11,785 nucleotides of DNA, taken from IMG/VR virus record IMGVR_UViG_2695420482_000004. One strand, written 5' to 3'. The translations under genes were made by a program, and so were the position numbers. The notes beneath the pieces are model-generated. The model was not told where the DNA came from and searched no databases. It worked only from the letters and a program-made list of their open reading frames with translations. Positions within the stretch are counted from its first letter, which is position 1; each line of letters begins with the position of its first letter. Positions 8,001-11,785 of the stretch are shown one piece after another. Origin of the DNA: a virus. Its lineage: Duplodnaviria; Heunggongvirae; Uroviricota; Caudoviricetes.

Positions 8001-8324
8001 AGTGCTTACAGTAACACTATTGTGGATACACCGACGTATTTTGCTTTTGCGAAAGGTGCCGGGCTGATGGGCGAGGCCGGGCCTGAAGCTATCATGCCAC
8101 TGACACGGGCAGCGGACGGCTCTCTTGGGGTCAGAGCCATTGGCAATGTGAATAGTGGCGGGGGGGTTGTTTATTCTCCCGTGTATCACATCAGCATTCA
8201 GAATCAAGGGAGCAATGGCGAGATAGATGCGCGCTCAGCCAGGGGATTGGTGGATCTGATCGACAGCAGGGTTGTGTCAATTATGCAGTCATCGCGTCGG
8301 GATGGAGGATTGTACAGTGCCTGA
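5091..8324 (+). CDS. H: Tail tape measure protein (lambda gpH family C-terminus)
   Basis: 1077-aa ORF immediately after G/GT. Long alpha-helical, Ala/Gln/Glu/Lys-rich coiled-coil composition with internal hydrophobic segments. The C-terminal region (NWRNWGSSVLREVSKILMNAAIVNGL ... RRDGGLYSA) resembles my recollection of the lambda gpH C-terminal domain. Start may be ATG 5091 (GGAG only 1 nt upstream) or GTG 5097 (7-nt spacer). Confidence 0.9.
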   Translation: MSVATLRELIIKISANSRSFQSEISRASRMGQDYYRTMQNGGRQSAAASREMRRALAEVTDQINTAKSSALNMAGAFAGAFATGHLISLADEWNSVNARLKQASQSSDDFQVSQRELMAISQRTGTAFSDNASLFARSAASMREYGYSSEEVLKVTEAISTGLKLSGASTAEASSVITQFSQALAQGVLRGEEFNSVNESGDRVIRALAAGMGVARKDLKAMADNGKLTADKVVPALISQLGALRDEYAAMPDTVSSSATKVENAFMAWVGGANEASGVTKTLSGVLNGLAGNIDTVATAAGALVAVGVARYFGNMASSAGSATAGLITAARNEVALAEAQLRGTQIATARARAAVYRAQQAVVAARGTERQAAAEAKLTAAQASLTRNIAARTAAQTTLNTVTSVGSRLLSGALGLVGGVPGLVMLGATAWYTMYQNQEQARESARQYAATIDEIRQKTSAMSLPEASDNEEKTRQALDEQNRLIDEQKSKIKSLQEKIAGYQYVLANPGWTTDNGFMINHMTSVKTVTEGLAEATNQLAVEQSRLTQMQGKAQSIQDVLAGLEERRVALIRQQAAEQNKAYQSLLIMNGQHTEFNRLLGLGNELLQQRQGLVNVPLRLPQATLDDKQQTALNNSERELALSRLKGEARERARLGYAADDLGFVGEAYQTARQNYINNSLDAWRNNQANKPKAHKKTEAEKTEDIYKRLIKQQKEQIALAGQNTELAKMKYQVSQGELSTLSEAQKKTLLQNAALIDQKKIREQLAAYESSLADSNASARASDDAQLLGYGEGSRMRERLQEMWSIRHEFEQKNNELLRQYQAGEIEEALWKQEKELNKKYLEERLSDQQDYYAKADALRNNWNAGLQEGLTNWADSATDYASQAADAVVSTMDGLVSNISDALAGNVVDWRNWGSSVLREVSKILMNAAIVNGLKSLSGAGGWLGTVGGWISGAVANAKGGVYTSANLSAYSNTIVDTPTYFAFAKGAGLMGEAGPEAIMPLTRAADGSLGVRAIGNVNSGGGVVYSPVYHISIQNQGSNGEIDARSARGLVDLIDSRVVSIMQSSRRDGGLYSA

Positions 8325-8658
8325 GCCTGAAGTTTTTAACTGGATCCCCCGTGAGGGGATGGAGACGACACGAAAGCCATCAGTTATTACGGTAAAGTTT
8401 GGTGACGGATATGAACAGCGACGGGCTGGTGGTCTGAATGCGGATCTGAAAACGTTTAAACCGGTATTTCGTGTCACAGATGAATATTCCCGTGCCGCGC
8501 TGGACAGTTTTTTATCCCGTCATGCCGGGATTCGTGCTTTTTTGTGGCGTCCGCCAAAACACAACAGGACTGTCCGGGTTGTCTGCAGGGAGTGGAGCAT
8601 TTCGGATAATGCCATGTATACCGATTTTAACTGTACCTTTGAAGAGGTCACTCACTGA
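8317..8658 (+). CDS. M: Minor tail protein M (tail tip)
   Basis: Frame is open from TTG 8272, but that would overlap the tape measure gene by about 50 nt. In-frame ATG 8302 and GTG 8317 are better candidates; GGAGG at 8304-8308 gives an 8-nt spacer to 8317. Contains the KFGDGYEQR...GLNADLKT block recalled from lambda gpM. Stop overlaps the L start (TGATG). Confidence 0.8.
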   Translation: MPEPEVFNWIPREGMETTRKPSVITVKFGDGYEQRRAGGLNADLKTFKPVFRVTDEYSRAALDSFLSRHAGIRAFLWRPPKHNRTVRVVCREWSISDNAMYTDFNCTFEEVTH

Positions 8659-9356
8659 TGCAGGATATACAGCAGGAAACACTCAATGAGTGCACTAAAA
8701 CGGAGCAATCCGCGCTGATCGTGCTCTGGGAAGTCGATCTGACAGAGGTCGGCGGAGAACGTTATTTTTTCTGTAATGAGCAGAACGAAAAAGGTGAGTC
8801 GGTCACCTGGCAGGGGCGACAGTATCAGGCGTACCCTATTCAGGGAAGCGGCTTTGAGATGAACGGCAAAGGAGCCAGTGCAAGACCAACGCTGAAAGTC
8901 TCTAACCTGCACGGCATGGTCACCGGGATGGCGGAAGACCTGCAGAGTCTGGTCGGCGGAACGGTGGTCAGGCGTAAGGTTTACGCCCGTTTTCTGGATG
9001 CGGTGAACTTCGTCAACGGAAACAGTGACGCCGATCCGGAGCAGGAGGTGATCAGCCGCTGGCGCATCGAGCAGTGCAGCGAACTGAGCGCGGTCAGTGC
9101 CTCCTTTGTGTTGTCCACACCGACGGAAACGGATGGTGCCGTTTTTCCGGGGCGCATCATGCTGGCCAACACCTGCACCTGGATCTACCGCGGCGATGAG
9201 TGCGGTTATGATGGCCCGGCTGTCGCGGATGAATATGACCAGCCAACGTCCGATATCACGAAGGATAAGTGCAGCAAATGCCTGAGTGGTTGCAAGTTCC
9301 GCAATAACGTCGGCAATTTTGGCGGCTACCTTTCCATTAACAAACTTTCGCAGTAA
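8658..9356 (+). CDS. L: Minor tail protein L (tail tip, Fe-S cluster-binding Cys motif)
   Basis: 232-aa ORF, the same length as lambda gpL, and near-identical to it along its length by recall. C-terminal cysteines at residues 173, 182, 205, 208 and 212. Confidence 0.9.
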   Translation: MQDIQQETLNECTKTEQSALIVLWEVDLTEVGGERYFFCNEQNEKGESVTWQGRQYQAYPIQGSGFEMNGKGASARPTLKVSNLHGMVTGMAEDLQSLVGGTVVRRKVYARFLDAVNFVNGNSDADPEQEVISRWRIEQCSELSAVSASFVLSTPTETDGAVFPGRIMLANTCTWIYRGDECGYDGPAVADEYDQPTSDITKDKCSKCLSGCKFRNNVGNFGGYLSINKLSQ

Positions 9357-9361
9357 ATCCC

Positions 9362-10105
9362 ATGACAGAGACAGAATCAGCGATTCTGGCGCACGCCCGG
9401 CGATGTGCGCCAGCGGAGTCGTGCGGCTTCGTGGTGAGAACGCCGGAAGGGGAAAGATATTTTCCCTGCGTGAATATCTCTGGTGAGCCGGAGGAGTATT
9501 TCCGGATGTCGCCGGAGGACTGGCTGAGTGCAGAAATGCAGGGAGAGATTGTGGCGCTGGTCCACAGCCACCCCGGTGGTCTGCCCTGGCTGAGTGAGGC
9601 CGACCGGCGGCTGCAGGTGCAGAGTGATTTGCCGTGGTGGCTGGTCTGCCGGGGGGCGATTCATAAATTCCGCTGTGTGCCGCATCTCACCGGGCGGCGC
9701 TTTGAGCACGGGGTGACGGACTGTTACACGCTGTTCCGGGACGCTTACCATCTGGCGGGAATTGAGATGCCGGATTTTCATCGCGGGGATGACTGGTGGC
9801 GTCACGGCCAGAATCTCTATCTGGATAATATGGAGGCAACGGGGTTGTATCAGGTGCCGTTGTCAGCGGCCCAGCCGGGCGATGTGCTGCTGTGCTGTTT
9901 TGGTTCATCGGTGCCGAATCATGCCGCCATTTACTGTGGCGACGGCGAGCTGCTGCACCATATTCCTGAACAACTGAGTAAACGAGAGAGGTACACCGAC
10001 AAATGGCAGCGACGCACACACTCCCTCTGGCGTCACCGGGCATGGCACGCATCTGCCTTTACGGGGATTTGCAACGATTTGGTCGCCGTATCGACCTTCG
10101 TGTGA
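9362..10105 (+). CDS. K: Tail assembly protein K (N-terminal MPN/JAB metallopeptidase-like plus C-terminal NlpC/P60 cysteine peptidase-like)
   Basis: 247-aa ORF. JAMM-type motif HSHPGG...SEAD at residues 68-81 with an upstream AESCG element at 18-22. A Cys (GVTDCYTLF) and His (PNHAAIY) pair in the C-terminal half is consistent with NlpC/P60. From the internal Met (ATG 9506, GAGGAG 9 nt upstream) the sequence matches the 199-aa lambda K by recall. The longer form from ATG 9362 includes the N-terminal MPN elements and is preferred. Confidence 0.85.
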   Translation: MTETESAILAHARRCAPAESCGFVVRTPEGERYFPCVNISGEPEEYFRMSPEDWLSAEMQGEIVALVHSHPGGLPWLSEADRRLQVQSDLPWWLVCRGAIHKFRCVPHLTGRRFEHGVTDCYTLFRDAYHLAGIEMPDFHRGDDWWRHGQNLYLDNMEATGLYQVPLSAAQPGDVLLCCFGSSVPNHAAIYCGDGELLHHIPEQLSKRERYTDKWQRRTHSLWRHRAWHASAFTGICNDLVAVSTFV

Positions 10106-10650
10106 AAACGGGGGCTGAAGCCATCCGGGCACTGGCCACACAGCTCCCGGTGTTTCGTCAGAAACTGAATGAGGGCTGGTATCAGGTGCGCATTGCCGGG
10201 CGTGATGCAGGCGAAAATGAATTATCTGCCCGTCTTAATGAGCCGCTGGCAAATGGTGCCGTGATCCACATCGTGCCGCGTCTGGCGGGAGCTAAAAGTG
10301 GCGGTGTGTTTCAGGTGGTGCTTGGGGCGGCGCTGATTGCGGTGGCATGGTGGAACCCTGTGGGCTGGCTGGGGGCCGCGGCTGTATCGGGCATGTATGC
10401 GGCAGGGGCCAGTATGATCCTGGGCGGAGTGGCGCAGATGCTGGCACCGAAAGCCAGGACGCCCACGGCAGCCAGTACAGATAACGGCAAACAGAACACC
10501 TATTTCTCCTCACTGGATAACATGGTTGCCCAGGGCAATGTTCTGCCTGTTCTGTACGGTGAAATGCGCGTGGGGTCACGTGTGGTTTCTCAGGAGATCA
10601 GCACGGCAGACGAAGGGGATGGTGGTCAGGTTGTGGTGATTGGTCGCTGA
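10003..10650 (+). CDS. I: Tail assembly protein I (N-terminal ubiquitin-like domain, hydrophobic C-terminal region)
   Basis: 215-aa ORF. The N-terminus MAATHTLPLASPGMARICLYGDLQRFGRRIDLRVKTGAEAIRALATQLP matches lambda gpI as I recall it. Overlaps the 3' end of K by 103 nt in a different frame, as in lambda. Gly-Gly at residues 100-101 followed by a hydrophobic stretch. Confidence 0.9.
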   Translation: MAATHTLPLASPGMARICLYGDLQRFGRRIDLRVKTGAEAIRALATQLPVFRQKLNEGWYQVRIAGRDAGENELSARLNEPLANGAVIHIVPRLAGAKSGGVFQVVLGAALIAVAWWNPVGWLGAAAVSGMYAAGASMILGGVAQMLAPKARTPTAASTDNGKQNTYFSSLDNMVAQGNVLPVLYGEMRVGSRVVSQEISTADEGDGGQVVVIGR

Positions 10651-10668
10651 TGCAAAATGTTTTATGTG

Positions 10669-10700
10669 AAACCGCCTCCGGGCGGTTTTATCGTTTATGG
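10669..10700 (+). terminator. GC hairpin with weak T-tract between I and J (terminator-like or RNA processing/stability element)
   Basis: AAACCGCC (10669-10676), loop TCCG, GGCGGTTT (10681-10688), followed by TTTTATCGTTT. The T-tract is interrupted, so it is weaker than the other three. Confidence 0.35.
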
Positions 10701-10710
10701 AGCGTGAGGA

Positions 10711-11785
10711 ATGGGTAAAGGCAGCAGTAAGGGGCATACCCCGCGCGAAGCGAAGGACAACCTGAAGTCCACGCAGCTGCTGAGTGTGATCGATGCCATC
10801 AGCGAAGGGCCGGTTGAAGGTCCGGTGGATGGATTAAAAAGCGTGCTGCTGAACAGTACGCCGGTGCTGGACAGTGAGGGGAATACCAATATATCCGGCG
10901 TCACGGTGGTGTTCCGGGCCGGTGAGCAGGAGCAGACACCGCCGGAGGGATTTGAATCCTCCGGCTCCGAGACGGTGCTCGGTACAGAAGTGAAATATGA
11001 CACGCCGATCACCCGCGCCATCACGTCGGCAAACATCGACCGACTGCGCTTTACCTTCGGTGTGCAGGCACTGGTGGAAACCACCTCAAAGGGGGACCGG
11101 AATCCGTCGGAAGTTCGCCTGCTGGTTCAGATACAGCGTAATGGTGGCTGGGTGACGGAAAAAGACATCACCATTAAGGGCAAAACCACCTCGCAGTATC
11201 TGGCCTCGGTGGTGGTGGATAACCTGCCGCCGCGCCCGTTTAATATCCGGATGCGCAGAATGACGCCGGACAGCACCACAGACCAGCTGCAGAACAAAAC
11301 GCTCTGGTCGTCATACACCGAAATCATCGATGTGAAACAGGGCTACCCGAACACGGCACTGGTCGGCGTAAAGGTGGATTCGGAGCAGTTCGGCAGCCAG
11401 CAGGTGAGCCGTAATTATCATCTTCGCGGGCGTATTCTGCAGGTGCCGTCGAACTATAACCCGCAGACGCGGCAATACAGCGGTATCTGGGACGGAACGT
11501 TAAAACCGGCATACAGCAACAACCCGGCCTGGTGTCTGTGGGATATGCTGACCCACCCGCGCTACGGCATGGGGAAACGTCTTGGTGCGGCGGATGTGGA
11601 TAAATGGGCGCTGTATGTCATCGGCCAGTACTGCGACCAGTCGGTGCCGGACGGCTTTGGCGGCACGGAGCCGCGCATTACCTGTAATGCGTACCTGACC
11701 ACACAGCGTAAGGCGTGGGATGTGCTCAGTGATTTCTGCTCGGCGATGCGCTGTATGCCGGTATGGAACGGGCAGACGCTGACGT
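10711..11785 (+). CDS. J: Host specificity / central tail fibre protein J (5' partial; continues beyond window end)
   Basis: ATG 10711 with GGAG 8 nt upstream; open to the window end (358 codons, no stop). N-terminus MGKGSSKGHTPREAKDNLKSTQLLSVIDAISEGP... matches lambda gpJ by recall. It is not in the ORF track because it lacks a stop in the window. Confidence 0.9.
   Translation, partial: MGKGSSKGHTPREAKDNLKSTQLLSVIDAISEGPVEGPVDGLKSVLLNSTPVLDSEGNTNISGVTVVFRAGEQEQTPPEGFESSGSETVLGTEVKYDTPITRAITSANIDRLRFTFGVQALVETTSKGDRNPSEVRLLVQIQRNGGWVTEKDITIKGKTTSQYLASVVVDNLPPRPFNIRMRRMTPDSTTDQLQNKTLWSSYTEIIDVKQGYPNTALVGVKVDSEQFGSQQVSRNYHLRGRILQVPSNYNPQTRQYSGIWDGTLKPAYSNNPAWCLWDMLTHPRYGMGKRLGAADVDKWALYVIGQYCDQSVPDGFGGTEPRITCNAYLTTQRKAWDVLSDFCSAMRCMPVWNGQTLT

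Noticed and set aside
8272-8316. TTG 8272 start extending gene M 50 nt into the tape measure gene
   Set aside because: It has no RBS and overlaps the tape measure C-terminus. The lambda gpM alignment and the GGAGG at 8304-8308 support a start at 8302-8317.
8425-8432. Chi site GCTGGTGG on the + strand inside gene M
   Set aside because: It is a single exact octamer in about 11.8 kb, which is about what chance predicts (roughly 0.4 expected over both strands) and is common in E. coli-derived DNA. I do not regard it as a designed feature without enrichment analysis.
404-10499. Alternate-frame + strand ORFs inside large genes (404..697, 889..1164, 1693..1956, 4133..4330, 4438..4662, 6325..6546, 7039..7221, 7348..7548, 8471..8689, 9097..9285, 9286..9486, 9762..9977) and other internal minus-strand ORFs (for example 5154..5345, 5807..6034, 6576..6869, 7902..8207, 9377..10141, 10292..10579)
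   Set aside because: All are embedded in or antisense to genes with clear structural-protein signatures and have biased, low-complexity translations. I saw no independent evidence for an overlapping gene other than the known K/I overlap.
10695-11512. Minus-strand ORFs 10695..11084, 11127..11327 and 11324..11512 opposite gene J
   Set aside because: They are antisense to the lambda-like J N-terminal coding region and are Ser/Pro/Thr/Arg-rich shadows.

Overview
This window is a contiguous, single-strand (+) late structural module of a lambdoid siphovirus or prophage, almost certainly enterobacterial. In order it encodes: an HK97-family prohead protease, an HK97-fold major capsid protein with an N-terminal coiled-coil delta (scaffold) domain, four small head-tail joining / tail completion proteins, a major tail protein with a C-terminal Ig-like domain, the tail assembly chaperone pair G/GT (with a textbook A AAA AAG -1 slippery site), a 1077-aa tape measure protein, and lambda-like tail tip genes M, L, K, I and the 5' part of host-specificity gene J. 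From memory (I could not align), the L, K, I and J N-terminal proteins look nearly identical to phage lambda, while the head and tail-shaft genes do not, so the window appears mosaic. I see no tRNA, CRISPR, transposase or obvious defence/moron cargo; genes are tightly packed with several stop/start overlaps. The points most worth a second look are: four sequence-related GC-hairpin + T-tract elements punctuating the operon, the G/GT frameshift, the ubiquitin-like/JAB/NlpC-P60 pair in I and K, a roughly 200-bp apparently non-coding gap with GATC-containing direct repeats upstream of the protease, and the mosaic junction. I did not find a convincing previously undescribed system in this window.
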